This document shows positions 38,148 to 53,332 of a DNA stretch of 64,000 bases, piece after piece. The first letter of the stretch is position 1, and each line of letters starts with the position of its first letter. The translations under genes and the position numbers were made by a program. Origin of the DNA: Octopus vulgaris (taxonomy: Eukaryota); contig OX597826.1 in assembly GCA_951406725.2 (NCBI GenBank), positions 49,538,001 to 49,602,000 of the forward strand, written 5' to 3'. A model generated the notes under the pieces. That model did not search any database, was not told the DNA's origin, and was given only the letters and a program-made list of their open reading frames with translations.

Positions 38148-38914
38148 GCACACATGTACATCAATGCTTTCGGAGTGAAATGTTAAAATATTGAGTTTTC
38201 TCGAATTTTGTCTTAATTGGGGGTGAAATTTAAAAAAATTTGTTATGGCATGACCGAATGGAGTACTTTGAAAAATCTTAGGTAAACTCTAATTGAAGAA
38301 ATTGTGTGAGGAGTAAATCGTTATGTATTTATTTGTTTCTGTTTGCTGTGTTTTTTTATTTCTTGAGTAGTGGTTTAAGGTACACTTGCAAAGAGAAAGT
38401 GGGAGAAATTATGTTGATAGCATGAGTGATCCGTTTTATAGAAATACTTTCAGTTTAGTCTTCCTCAAATCACTCTGTCGCTATTTACTCTCTTCCAAGA
38501 ACATTTTCACTCACTCTTATCTCTTAGCTTGCCATACATTTTACTCATGTATCTATCAGCGTGATAGACAGAAACAAATATTACATCGCCATCGCCATCG
38601 CCATCGCATTCTATTGTCTACCTGTCAACACACACACAGTGAATTACTTTCACTTTATTCGTTGCACACTGTGTGTGTGCGTGTGCTTGTGGTGTAAACC
38701 ACATTAAGAAAAGCATTTGACATACACACCAGAATGTGAGTTTTCTGTAAATTTTGCTTAATTGGAGTTTAAATTTTAAAAACTGGACCTGGCATGACCC
38801 GATGCATTCTACTCTTAAAAATGCTAGGTAAATTGTAATTGAAGAAATCCTATATTGTAGATTTCTATAAGTGACAAAGGGAGGCAGATAAAATCTGCCT
38901 TTTATAATAAGAGA
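37056..38914 (-). mobile_element. Long non-coding Helitron (~1.86 kb)
   Basis: 5' TCTCTTATTATAAAAGGCAG shared with 5923; putative 3' end has a GC-rich hairpin (37082-37105) followed by CAAG|T, possibly a mutated CTAG. Confidence 0.65.
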
Positions 38915-39014
38915 TATAATGCAGACGGACATTACTTCCTAGAGTGAGTTTCTCTGGATTTGTTTTTCTAAAAACGATATATATGTGGGTAGGGGTGTAT
39001 ATATATATATACAT

Positions 39015-39305
39015 ATTGTTGTTTTTGTCCTGTTATTACTATTATTGTTTTTTGTATTTATATTCGTGTGGCATCGTCCGTTTTTCTGTCCTTGTTTCGT
39101 ATACATTCGATCCTTTTTCCAAGAAATCTAATGCTCGTAGCTTAGGTTATCCTTGGGGCTGGCCAGATCGGAGAAATCTCAAGATTAATCAGCCGAAATT
39201 GCAAGGATGATCCGGTTCTAGACTGAAGATTAGAGGCTTCGAATGACCCGTCCGTTTTCGTATCGTCTATTTGAACGTTTTGCGTTCTTGTCCCATTTTA
39301 TATAT
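39015..39305 (+). mobile_element. TA-flanked dispersed mini-element (family Q)
   Basis: AGCCGAAATTGC..GATGATCC.GTTC..GACTGA.GATT..GGCTTCGAATG.CCCGTCCG shared with 20031-20155. Confidence 0.7.
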
Positions 39306-39310
39306 TTTTT

Positions 39311-39351
<41 letters not shown>

Positions 39352-39354
39352 TAT

Positions 39355-39401
<47 letters not shown>

Positions 39402-39411
39402 ATATGTATGC

Positions 39412-39482
<71 letters not shown>

Positions 39483-40186
39483 TATAATATATTTATACAC
39501 ACACACATACAATCATATATCCATACATACAGAGAGACAGACTCTCTCTCTCTCTCACACACACACACACATACAATCATATACCCATACATACAGAGAG
39601 ACAGACTCTCTCTCTCTTACACACACACACACACATCATATAAACATTTGTATTTATACATTTGAAAGACAATATTTAAACAACGTTGTGTACTACTGTG
39701 TGTTCATTTGCTTGTATCTGTGTGTGTGTGAAGTAATCATTTGTATAAATGATTATACGTATACGTAAGCGGTATTGTTTGTTTAACTCTGTGTGTGTTC
39801 CCTAAACGTGTCTTTGTTCGTACACAACATTGCGCGTGCGTGTGTGTGTGCGTATGTGTGTGTGTGTGTGTGAATCTATATATATAAGTAATTGTATATG
39901 TTTATATAGTCTCTCTACATATTTACGTTTAAGAGGATAAGTGTAGGATGTGAATGTATGTGTGTATGTATATATTTTTTCTGCATGAGCTGTTTTGTGT
40001 ATATTGATGTAAATATATGTATGATCGCGTGTGCGTATGTGTGTGTGTGTGTGTGTGTGTAAGCTCCATCCCTATTTCTCATATATTCATGTATCTGTGT
40101 ATGAGCGTGAGTGTATGTGTGCTTATGTGGTCTCTATACATATGTTTGTGTGAATGCATGCGTGCTTATGTGTATATCTATGTACG

Positions 40187-40232
<46 letters not shown>

Positions 40233-40356
40233 GTTAATTCGTGTGTAATCGTACATATGTAAATCACAAATATATGAGAGCGAATGCGTGTGAGAGAACC
40301 TGTACATGACTCTGTGTGTGTGTGTATGTGTACATATATGTGTATATAAATACACA

Positions 40357-40407
<51 letters not shown>

Positions 40408-40545
40408 AGATATATGGATGGATTCATATGCGTGTGTCCGTCAATGTATAAGTATGTGAATATATATATACACACATATGTACATGTATGTATATTTACA
40501 TGCACACACACATATCTATAAATATTTGTATATATTTATCTATGA

Positions 40546-40607
<62 letters not shown>

Positions 40608-42543
40608 TGTGTGTATGTGCGTGTACATTCTAATCCTCTGAGAGTAGGTGGAGTTTCTTTGTGCTGAACTGAAGCCGTGTTTCTTTTGATACTCAACTCG
40701 TCTTTCAATTATATTCTTTATTTATCGAATGGTTCCCTCATTTACCTGGCAGAGTACATCTTTGGCAACATCCACCCCTCTTTCACCCTTAATTTATTGC
40801 CAGCTTCTATTTTGCCTGACTCATCTCTATCTCTCTCCCTCCCACTCTCGCTTTCTCTCTCTCTCCTTCTCTCTTGCTCTTTCTCTTTGTCTCTCTCTCT
40901 CTCTCTCTCAGCCTTATCTCTTCTGGATAAGCTCTGCACCGTGTACCTATACCGGACCAATTGGCAGAAACGTTAGAACACCGGACAAAAGGCTTTACAT
41001 AATTGATTCCCGTCTGCTTATTGCGTTCTGTGTTCAAAGCCAGCTGAGGTCAATTTTTTATTTTGCCTTTCTTACATTGATAAGTAAATTACGATCAAAG
41101 ATGGCGTTTTGGCGGAATTGTTTGAGTGCTGGATGAATTGCTTCTCTGCATGTTTATGGTTCCTTGCCACATGAGTTCAAATCACGCTATGGTCAACTTT
41201 GATTTTTTAAAAATCTTTCTGGATTCGATATATAAAGAATCAACCCAGGAATATGTACTGGTAGAACTGATAGTGCGTCGGTCAATATGATTCGCGATAT
41301 TTGTTCCTGTTACTTGGATTCCGTGTTCAAATCCTACCATAGCCATCTCGGATGACAGTCATAACAACCTCAGCCGACTTAACATCACCATCTATCCATT
41401 GTATAAATACGTTGTTTACATACATACACACATAATATATACATGCATACATAAACAAAAACACCTACATATATACATACATATATACACACACACATAC
41501 TCATACGTATATATGCATATATATATATTAATGCGTAAATGCATACACATACATACATACATACATACATACATGCATACATGCATGCATACATACATAC
41601 ATACATACATACATACATACATACATACATACATACATACATACATACAAGTATACGTGCGTTGTTATTTAATCCCTAGTCCACCAAGTTCGAGTTAAGT
41701 GTTGACGAAAAGCAATCCAACCATAACTCTCCATATTTAGTTCTTATTCCGGACTTAGCGTACCTCAAGCTACATTATCCAATTCGTCCTAGGATATGAG
41801 GTCAATTGCATTTAGCCCCTATTTCTACCACATTTTATGACCCTGTAGAAGTTGTGTTCAGAACGGCCATGCTTAAATAAATGTTTGATCAAAAATGCTC
41901 CCGTCATGACCATTACAAGATTAGATTTTTGCAACGTGTTTTTAGCTGCTATTTCTAACAAATTTGGCGACTACAGAGAAGCTCCTTCGTTGTTAAGTAC
42001 ATACGTACATGTAATTATATACAATAGCGAACTTGAATTGTTAAGCAAAACTAAAAAAAAAATATAACCAGCAGAACACATTTTTATGCTGCAAGAGAGC
42101 GGTTTAACGTTTCGGGCAAGAACCTTCGTCGGAGATAAAGAGAGAGAAAGAAAGGAATTGTTTTACTAATGGTGCTAGATAAATAGATTGAGAAGTAGGA
42201 GTGAGAATTGTTAAAAGCTGCTTCATCTGTCTATGTAACGTTATTCCAGTTTACACGCATCACTGGAAGTCAAATAACAACATTGGCAATTACTTGGCAG
42301 CGCTTCTTTGGGGAATTCCTTGATATGGCGATTATTGGAGCACACGAGCGTTTCCTAACTACTTCTAGGATCTAAGAAAGAATTGAAATATAATAACGTC
42401 GATTTATATACATGCCTGTGTGTTTTGCTCGAACGCTATCTCATTCGTTGCACGCAACCGTGTTTATGCATAAACATATACATATACGCCTATATAAATA
42501 TGCAAATATATGTACACATATATAAATATATATGTATAATATT

Positions 42544-42581
<38 letters not shown>

Positions 42582-42587
42582 GCACAA

Positions 42588-42640
<53 letters not shown>

Positions 42641-42790
42641 TACATATATATATATATATATATATATGTAAAACATTTATAATTATATATACGTAAATAT
42701 ATACATTTACATATATATAATTAGACATATGCCGGAGCGTATCTATAAATGTATGTGTATATGAATGTGTGTTTGTGTGTGTGTGTGTGC

Positions 42791-42828
<38 letters not shown>

Positions 42829-43029
42829 GTATGCGAGCGTGTGTGTTACATAGCAATAACATATGTAAGGTATAACAACCATAAGATGCAACACCAGATT
42901 GATAGAGCTTAATTACGCAATGCAATCAAATTTACTCTCAGATGTAATGGTTGCAGTTTGTCTCTTACCTGATAGTGGCATATTCTTCTATAATAAAGTT
43001 GGACTATTGCTTTGAGTAGCAAAAGACCA

Positions 43030-43498
<469 letters not shown>

Positions 43499-44274
43499 AT
43501 GATTATGTTATATAATAAAGGTGTGTACATTCATACATAATACGTTCGTGTGCACTTCGGCGTGTAACCGTTTGGGAAGAGGAAATCTTCCTCAGACAAT
43601 GTATGTGAAAACACACCAAGCTGGTGTATGAATGAATAATATCATCGGACTGGCCGACACATGTTTCTGCGTCATAATACTTCATCAAGAACAAACACCA
43701 ATTCCGTCGTACGTAACTCACGAAAAACTGCCATTGTTACATGTGAACAACGAATAATAAATATACTGGAGTGTGCAAAGCTTTGTCATGTTGGAATTAA
43801 TTACGGAACACACACTTAGGAGCAATAATTAGCATAAAGCTGTGTATATTTATACTTAATGTGTTCATTTACTCAAACGTGGAAAATTCTTCGCTATGGT
43901 GTAAACTCTGTGGGAAGGAAATTTTGCTTATAGACAATGTATAGAAAACACCCCGAGCTGATCCGTGGGACACTGTACCTGTGTGTTTATGCTTCATCAG
44001 CTGCACACACAGAATCCAGCTTTCGTAGTTAGCCAGCGTAGGTCTTACCCTGTTTGAGTGTTCAGTCAAATAAACTGGACTGACGTGCAATGAAATGTCT
44101 TTTCTTGCTTCAAGATGCAACGCCGCCTGGTCCAGAAATCGAAGCCACAATACTACAATCATAAACACAACACCGTGGTCACTAGATTACAAGCATTTGC
44201 AATTCTTCTTATATGGAGAAATAAATTGTAAGCAACGGTTCGAGAGAGAAAGGGTGATTGAAATTAATAAGTGC

Positions 44275-44660
44275 AGGCACAAGCGTGGCCGTAGGGTTAA
44301 TAAGCTCACTTTATAGCTACGTGCTTTTGAGTTGAGTCGCACTGTGCGGCATCTGGGGCAAATGTCTACTAAAGCCCTGGGCTGGACTTTGCCTTTTGAG
44401 ATAACTTGGTCGACAGAAACTGTGTGGGAGCCATCGTATGTGTGTGTGAGGACGTGTGTGTGTCTTTGTGTTTGTCGTTCCCACCGCTTGATAACCGGTT
44501 CGGTTTGTTTACTTCCCGTAAGCTAGCGGTTCGGCAAAAGATATCCGATAGAATAAATTTCAGACTTTAAAATAAATACACAGACCGATTTGTTCCACTA
44601 AACCCTTCGAATCGGTGCCCCAACATGGCCGCAGCCCAATGACTAAAACAAGTAAAAAAA
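44275..44660 (+). mobile_element. SINE family B, older copy
   Basis: Colinear but diverged match to 43030-43498. Confidence 0.8.
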
Positions 44661-44687
44661 AAATGAATAAGTGAAATGAAACGTTGG

Positions 44688-45548
44688 CTTCAAATTCTGG
44701 CATAAGATCAGCAATTCTAGGATCAGTAATTTCGGGATTTTGTCGACCCCCTAGTACTCAAATGGTACTTGTTTTATAGACCCAGAAAGGATGAAAGGCA
44801 AAATGGACCTCGGCAGAATTTGACCTCAGAAAGTAAACATGGATGAAATGCTGCTAAGTATTTTGTCCGGTATGCTAACGATTCTTATTTCTTTATTGCC
44901 CACAGGGGGCTAAACATAGAGGGAACAAACAAGGACAGACAAAGGGATTAAGTCGATTACATCGACGCCAGTGCATAACTGATACTTAATTTATCGACCT
45001 CGAAAGGATGAAAGGCAAAGTCGACCTCGGCGGAATTTGAACTCAGAACGTAACGGCAGACGAAATACCGCTAAGCATTTCGCCAGGTGTGCTAACATTT
45101 CTGCCAGCTTGCCGCCTTTAGTGAAGTGAAATATTGCTTTCAAATTTTGGCACAAGGCTAGCAATTTTCGTGGGGAGAATTAAGTCGATTATATTCAACT
45201 GGTACTTATTTTATCGGACCCCGAAAAGATTAAAGGCGAAGTCAACCTGGGCAGATATTGAACTTAGAACGGAAAGATAAACGCTAAGCATTTTGCCCGG
45301 CGTACCAACGATTCTTATGTCTTTATTGCCCACAAGGGGCTAAACATAGAGGGGACAAACAAGGACAGATAAAAGGGTTACGTCGATTACATCGACCTCA
45401 GTGCGTAACTGGTACTTAGTTTATCGACCCCGAAAGGATGAAAGGCAAAGTCGACCTCGGCGGAACTTGAATTCAGAACGTAGCGGCAGACGAAATACCG
45501 CTAAGCATTTCGCCAGGCATGCTAACGTTTCTGCCAGCTCGCCATCTT
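44688..45548 (-). mobile_element. Two old SINE-A copies, each carrying a young SINE-A at the same site
   Basis: Junction AACGATTCT|TAT(T/G)TCTTTATTGCCCAC at ~44885 and ~45315. Confidence 0.88.
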
Positions 45549-46224
45549 TAGTGAAGTGAAATATTAATTGACAACGATGATATTTTATTAGCGGATCACA
45601 CAAATGATTAGTTGCACAATTATGCTAAAAAAAAGTAATTGGTTATTAAATAGAGTTGTAATTTATTACAACCACGTCTGAGATTAATGGTTTGTTACAA
45701 ATATAGGAGTTATATGAGGGTTAATTTTAAAACAGTAGAAATAGATTTAAATGTGTAACACTGTGAAGAGGTTAACGTTTTTAAAAAAATCAGAAACACG
45801 CAACTGTAATAGAGAGAGTGTTTAAACAATTAATTTCAGAAGATTAATATAAAAAATTTATATCTGATAAGGTGTGGGGGAAAATGAGACGAGGAAGTGA
45901 CATAAAAAAAATATCTTAGTTGAAGTTAAAATGTTTAGAAATCAGATTGGATTTCATTTTAAACGGTTTCCTAGTACAAACGAATGTGAAAAATATATGT
46001 GAGGAAATACCTTTAAGCCTATTTCATTGATGAGGGAAATATATAAGGTTAGATTCCTTTTTGGCTTTTTTGTGTGTTTTTTAATGATGAAGTTCCGGAA
46101 GTAATTACTTCGGTTTGTTGTTTGGAATAGAAGAGCGAGAAATGATGGAAGACACGCTATAGCAGAGACTAGTGTTGAGGAAGAAAATCACACACACACA
46201 CACACACACGTGTATATATAGATA

Positions 46225-46730
46225 TAAATTCTTTTATTGTTTTATTTGTCTCAGTCATTTGACTGCGGACATGCTGGAGCACCACCGTCAGGGGTTTTAT
46301 ATATATATTCTTTTTATTCTTTTACTCTTTTACTTGTTTCACTCATTTGACTGCGGCCATGCTGGAGCACCGCCTTTAGTCGAACAAATCGTCCTCAGGG
46401 CTTATTCTTTGTAAGCTTAGTACTTATTCCATCGGTTTCTATTGCCGAACTGCTAAGTTATGGGGACGTAAACACACCAACATCGGTTGTCAAGCGATGG
46501 TGGGAGGGACAGACGCACACATACACATAAATATATATATGTGTATGTGTGTGTGTGTGTGTGCGTACGACGGGCTTCTTTCAGTTTCCGTGTACCAAAT
46601 CCACTCACAAGGTTTTGGTCGGCCCGAGGCTATAGTAGAAGACACTTGCATAAGGTGTTACGCAGTGGGACTGAACTCGGAACCATCTGGATGGGAAACA
46701 AGCTTCTTACCGCACTGCCACTCCTGCGCC
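46225..46730 (-). mobile_element. SINE family B full copy (46307-46730) plus an extra tail (46225-46290)
   Basis: Reverse-complement match to 43030-43498. Confidence 0.9.
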
Positions 46731-46748
46731 TATATGTTGATAGAGAAC

Positions 46749-46780
<32 letters not shown>

Positions 46781-46785
<5 letters not shown>

Positions 46786-47023
46786 TAAAAGAATAGAACA
46801 TATGCATATATATAAACATATATGTACGTACCTACCTCTACATGTACATATACACGCATATATGTGTACAGGACACCAAAAAGACGTCGAACACATAGAG
46901 AGACGAAAAACATAGACACAAACCAAGGAACAGGACAAGAAAAAAAGGGGTACAGGACAATTACCACAACGAAAAAACCCCTTCTTCAGTCGCTAAGGTT
47001 TCATCTACTCTACGTTTCGAAGG

Positions 47024-47025
<2 letters not shown>
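46781..47025. mobile_element. TA-flanked dispersed element, second copy at 51541-51915
   Basis: ATTAATAAA..ACCTACCTCTACATGTACATATACACGCATATATG..GACGTCGAACACA..CTTCTTCAGTC..ATCTACTCTACGTTTCGAAGGAT occurs in both. Confidence 0.85.
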
Positions 47026-47065
<40 letters not shown>

Positions 47066-47123
47066 GTCCATATGTATTTATATGTATATATACTTAAATA
47101 TACTTATACTATCTCTCCAGTTA

Positions 47124-47173
<50 letters not shown>

Positions 47174-47227
47174 GATAGATAGATAGATAGATAGATATAT
47201 ATATAAGGAAGAAAGGAAGGAAGGAAA

Positions 47228-47268
<41 letters not shown>

Positions 47269-47761
47269 AATGAAGGAAGGAAGGAAGAAAGAAAGAAAAG
47301 GGTTGGGGAGACATATGTCTGTGGATAAATATACTAGGTCAATCTATAGAAGTGTATGCAAAGAATTGCAAAAATATGATGGTAAGACACAAATATGTAA
47401 ACGAGTGCGCATACACGAATTTCGCTTTTATTTTGTGGCTCAGAATTATAAGAGTGCTCAATGCAATCTCGCAATCTCATAAGAGAAATTTGTAGTGTCG
47501 AATGCATGATAATTTATGTGAGATAAAGATTAGAATCCGAGATCAGTGCTTCGTTCGACCGGCTTTCTTGACGATGTATCAATGGGTTGGAAGAAAAAAA
47601 TGCAGGATTATAGTAAACGGTATAGATCCTTATTGTATTCGGATGCACCCTCGTAGCCCTTCGATGTTTCAATTGTATTTTCACTATATTTATTATATTT
47701 TTATAATTAAATATACTTGGGAACTGTATAGTTTGTGTATTGTAAAAGTATAACCAACTTG

Positions 47762-48115
47762 GTGGGTAAGTGTCTTCTATTACAGCCTCGGGCTAGCCAA
47801 AGTCTTGTGAGTGGATTTGGTAGACGGAAACTGAAAGAAGCCCGTCATATATATATATATATACGTAGTTGTGTGTATGTGTGTATGCGTCTATTTTCCC
47901 TCGCTCTGCACCGCTTGACAACTGGTGGTGGTGGTGTGTCTACGTACCCGTAAATTAGCAGTTCGGCAAAAGAGATTGATAGAATAAGTACTAGGCTTCC
48001 AAAAATGAGTCTTAGAGTCGATTTGTTCGACTGAAACCCTTCAAAGCGGTGCTACAGCATGGGCGCGGTCAAATGACTGAAACAAATAAAAGATACAAGA
48101 AAAGATAAAAGATAA
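47762..48115 (+). mobile_element. SINE family B lacking its head
   Basis: TGGGTAAGTGTCTTCTA..GGTAGACGGAAACTGAAAGAAGCCCGTC..GTCAAATGACTGAAACAA. Confidence 0.85.
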
Positions 48116-48505
48116 ATTATGACAAGACCTTACATAGACCCCGGTTCAGAATCAACAAAATGGTTCCATATGGACTCTGGTTGAGGACCACTGAGTCAGT
48201 CGAACAAATCAACCTGAGTATTAAGAGAAAAATAACATTAACCTTATATCTTCTTGTTATACACAACAGGTTATTAACCTGTTTCTTGTTCGCAGTATGT
48301 GGACGTTTTCATGGCTGTAAAACTTCCCAGGAGTTTATTATTTAAGTATATATATGAGCATGTCTAGATATGCAAGTATATGCATGAGAAGACATACATA
48401 AAACAGAATATACAAATTTGCACGTATACGCACACACATACATACATACATACATACATACATACATACATACATACATACATTCATACATACATACATT
48501 TTTAT

Positions 48506-48742
48506 GGCTGCCCCCTCGTTATCGAGTATGGCCATTGCACGAAGCTTAACTGTTACTGGTGCTGTGATCGAATGTGACTTTTTAGCCCAGCTAAAGATCT
48601 ACAATGTCTTGTACAAAATTGGCAACTAAAACCTTTACTGGTAATAGCCGGCTGTAGTTGTAACTGGACTTCATGTACCTTTGCATGTCGTTTAAGTCCT
48701 CCTGCCGAATTACACTCTCTTCCACATGCCCGACAGATATGG

Positions 48743-48745
<3 letters not shown>
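48506..48745 (-). mobile_element. Second 5'-truncated RTE-like zinc-finger LINE end, inside (TACA)n
   Basis: Near-identical to 1532-1771; CRACGRECNSAGGLKRHAKVH..CQFCTRHCRSLAGLKSHIRSQH. Confidence 0.8.
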
Positions 48746-48798
<53 letters not shown>

Positions 48799-49159
48799 GT
48801 TGTTGAAATTCCAATGAAGGAACCTTGGATTTGGGTTAGAAACCGGCTCTTTCTCTATTCGCAAGAAACCTTGAAATAGAACTGAGTACATATACATACA
48901 TAAAGACAAACAGACATACGTTCTCTTTCCCTTTTTAATTTAGAATAAAATTTGGCTGTCCACTTGCTTGGTAGCCGGGATGTGAAGGAAAGTACTTTTG
49001 TTTCTGATTATCATCCTTTAAATCTTAAGAAGGTCTTGCAGATTTACATTGTTCCAAATAACGTGAAAATTTGTAGTGTGTCTGTTTATGTATGTGTGCG
49101 TATGTGTATGTATTTATGTAAGCATGTATGTATATATGTATGTATGTGTGCGTGTTTGT

Positions 49160-49179
49160 GTTGTAGTAGTAGTAGTAGT

Positions 49180-49215
<36 letters not shown>

Positions 49216-49382
49216 TGTAGTAGTAGTAGTAGCAGGAATTTAATAGAGAATTGCTCCAGGTTACCAGATCAATCGGATGCGTCAATGATGATGATGATCA
49301 TCATCATAACGATGACGGCGGCGATGCAGATGATCTACTTGAAGTAAGTGTAGGTGAGTGCAACGTGAATAATAAAAGTAAG

Positions 49383-49414
<32 letters not shown>

Positions 49415-49473
49415 CCATCGTCATCATCATCATTGTCATAATCATCACTACCATCATCGTCGGCGTCGCCATT

Positions 49474-49505
<32 letters not shown>

Positions 49506-49790
49506 TATTATCGTCATCCTCATCATCATCATCATAATCAGCATCAGCATCTAGCAACATCATGTTGCTAACGACTCGAGTCTGTGTACTTCATTCTCCC
49601 TGAACTGTTTCACGTGTATTTCGCATTGGTTTTAATTTAGCATGAAATGTAGAGCATGTAAGTAGCATAGTGATGCTAATGCCGGGGCTGATGGGGGTGG
49701 CGGCGGTGACGGAGGTGATGGTGGTGATATGAAGGAGATGGCGGCGGTGGTGGTAGTGGTGGTGGTGGTGGTGGTGGTGGTGGTGGTAGC
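49160..49790. repeat. Trinucleotide tracts (AGT/AGC)n, (CAT)n and (GGT)n
   Basis: Direct reading. Confidence 0.92.
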
Positions 49791-50122
49791 GTTGGTTGGA
49801 CAAGATCTGATTGACGGTGAGGCAATACAAAACATGGTGTTAGGGCATGCAATGGTAAATGGTAAATCTGTTAGTCACACCAGTCATTGTATCTGCATCT
49901 GTCTGCTTCTCTCTCTCTCTCTCTCTCTCTCATTCTCTCTCATTCTCTCTCTCTCTCTCATTCTCTCTCTCTCAGTCTATGTATCTATGTATGTATCTAC
50001 CTATTTATCTATCTATCAATCTCTCCAGCTCCCGCTGATATACGACTTCCATAGACACATATACATATACATATACACACCTATTTCATACATACAAAAC
50101 ACACACATATAGATATATGTAG

Positions 50123-50180
<58 letters not shown>

Positions 50181-50222
50181 TTATATATAGCTAGGTAAGC
50201 AGACATCCATATACATAATGCA

Positions 50223-50272
<50 letters not shown>

Positions 50273-50596
50273 TGTACATGTGTGTGCGCGCGTGCGCGTA
50301 TAAGTAGTTGAGCGAAGCAGTGATAGAAAGTAAACAAACTTTAGGCCAGTTCAAATATGTCTGGGACATATTTCTACTTGTGTGGGCTGCTTCACTGCAA
50401 TTAACCGTGAAGAAAAGAATTCTCAGTTTTGGTAGAAAGATGTAAGAAAGCTAGTGACAGCTCAGAGCGACCTCTGTGGACCGATAGATGCATCTCTAGC
50501 GTGTTACCTGTCTTCAATGCTAGACATCAAGAGAGACGACTCTGAGTTGACTGGAAAGCTTTAACTTTATAAAATATCAGTACTATTTAATCTCGT

Positions 50597-50933
50597 TCTA
50601 TATATAAAGCTGATTTTGTCTGTGTATGGCAGGTTTGGTAGCCTTCAACTAACACTAACAAAATTAAGAGTATGATAGAAGACTTGCTCTTCCTTCCATA
50701 GAAGAAAAAATTCAAATCGGACCATGTTAACACCAAAACTTATTTACATCAAAATGGTGCTTTTTTTCTATGAAAATCCCTATTTTTTTTACGCTTCTTT
50801 TCGGTGTATTTCAACCAGAAAAATGTTCACTTAAAGAAAATAACAAGCTACATAATGCAAAATTTTTACTTTTCAAAAATTCCAATTCTAAAGGGTCGAA
50901 ACAAACCCGAGCAACGCCGGGCGATATTGCTAG
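50597..50933 (+). mobile_element. Non-autonomous Helitron
   Basis: 5' TCTATATATAAAGC, 3' CCCGAGCAACGCCGGGCGATATTGCTAG|T; matches 36629-36986 with internal indels. Confidence 0.88.
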
Positions 50934-51266
50934 TAATGTATATGCGCAAGCAGCCTAGTGCACAAATTATATGTGTATTTATGTGTATACCAAAATATAT
51001 ATTTTAGTCACAATATATGGATTCAATTAAACCGGTAGTACTCATAAAAAAGGTCCTTAATGTACCATTTCACAGAACATATAGAATATACAGCTCGATA
51101 CAAAAGAAAGAGAATATAAAAATCCTTATAAATAAATATAAATATATATAAAAACAATTGCAGCGTAGAAGATGTGTATAAGCCATTTAAGAGCACACAA
51201 AGAAACCGTTAGATTCACTTCAACATTTAAATTTGTGTCAAAATATTTTCGTCGCTTTGAAACGGC

Positions 51267-51295
<29 letters not shown>

Positions 51296-51299
<4 letters not shown>

Positions 51300-51502
51300 A
51301 CGGGAAGGTTTACGAAAATAAACAAAAGACGAAGGCAGGTGAAGTACAAACAAACAATTGTATTAGTATGGTGCTCAGGAATAGAAATAAAACAAGTCTT
51401 TTGCGTTTCAAGCCTACGCTCTTCCACAGAAAGATACACAGAAAAGAAACAAGGAGAGAAACAAGGAGAGAAAAAATGCGTGTAGGAGCTAACGATCCAA
51501 CA

Positions 51503-51503
<1 letters not shown>
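51296..51503 (-). mobile_element. Mini-element family P (P2 subtype), TA-flanked
   Basis: Minus strand CTGTGGAAGAGCGTAGGCTTGAAACG. Confidence 0.75.
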
Positions 51504-51545
<42 letters not shown>

Positions 51546-51917
51546 TAAATAAAATAAAACATATGCATATATATAAACATATATGTACATACCTACCTCT
51601 ACATGTACATATACACGCATATATGGACACCAAATGGACGTCGAACACAATGAGAAACGAAAACATAGACACAAACCAAAGGAACTGAACATTTTTTTAA
51701 AAACAGCAAAAAAATAATAGAGTACAGGACAATTAACACAACGAAAAAAACCCTTCTTCAGTCACTAAAGGTTTTATCTACTCTACGTTTCGAAGGATAA
51801 AAGCGAGACGTATCTTCGACAAGAAACTTTCCTTCCTGCGAAAAGCAAATCAATTAAAATTCTGAGATCTTTTCGAAGAGGGGTAAAAAATGGTAACAAA
51901 AACATGACAGTAACGAC

Positions 51918-51948
<31 letters not shown>

Positions 51949-52730
51949 TGTATGTATGTATGTATATGTAGATATAGATATATGTACACATGCATAGACA
52001 CACACATAAAAATATAAAAATACACACACAGACACACACGCACACATGGATACATATATGCGCTCATGTGTGTGTGTGTGTCTATCCTTGCAACATGAGC
52101 TTGTTCACGTTTGAGTTTGTCCATATTATTTATGGCAAACTTGATCTTTGGGCTGAAAGTTTTTAGGTTCGTATGCATATATTTTTCCTGTCAATTACGT
52201 GATGTCATGATTATGTGCTATGCATATAAATCTGTGTAGTTAAGGAATCTGGCATAAGTTCTTGGAATTAAATGTCTTCAATGTGTAATGTACATATCGA
52301 ACATAATACGCATATAAACGATAAACAAAATCTTACCCAGACTAGAAGTGTGGCAGAGTAGGTGGGTGAGACTCGAACAATTGGGACGATCTCTTCATAC
52401 GAAAACATTGGTAAAAGAGGTGCTCCAGCACTGCCGCAGTCAAAGAGTAAGAATATATATATATATATATATAAATACAAAATTAGAAAATGGAGAAATA
52501 CACCTTAATCAATAATCAACTACCAGATAATACCCAATCACATAATTTATTAAACCACTACATATGAACATTAAGGTCAAACATAATAGTATAGAACATA
52601 ACAATGTACATCAATGAGTAATATGATACAATAAGTACAGTGTGTATAAGTGAATATAAATAAATAAACTACTAGCAGTATATTGGATATATGTTATCCC
52701 ATGGTGGGTTGCCCTCACAACCCCTATCTC

Positions 52731-52828
<98 letters not shown>

Positions 52829-52847
52829 GTACATATAGGCGCAGGTG

Positions 52848-52998
52848 TGGGTATGTGGTAAGAAGCTTAGTTCTCAACCTCATGGTTCCAGGTTCAGTCA
52901 CATTGCGTGGTACCTTGGCAAGTGTGTTTTACTATAGCCTCAGGTCAACTAAAGCCTTGTGAGTGGGTTTGGTAGAAGCAAATTGAAAGAAAGCCATC

Positions 52999-53043
<45 letters not shown>

Positions 53044-53290
53044 AAATGCACCCTTTTTAAAGCCTAGCTACGCTCATGGGCCCGGTTTCCCGGTTTCTAT
53101 GGTGGATGTGTTCCCCAGCTGGACGGGACGCCAGGCCATCGCAGCGTCACTCCTTTTTGCCAGCTAAGTGGACTGGAGCAACGTGAAATGAAGTGTTTTG
53201 CTCAAGAACACAACGCGTCGCCCGGTCCAGGAATCGAAACCATAATCTTACGATCATGATGCTGACACCCTAACCACTATCCACGGGCCT

Positions 53291-53332
<42 letters not shown>

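Noticed and set aside
43655-43690. Further hammerhead-like remnants (also 2731-2760 and 21120-21142)
   Set aside because: Core positions are mutated or stem II is missing; at most they are decayed relics.
49251-49571. His/Asp-rich exon with a GTAAGT donor near 49344
   Set aside because: It is dominated by (CAT)n repeats, with no convincing acceptor or partner exons.
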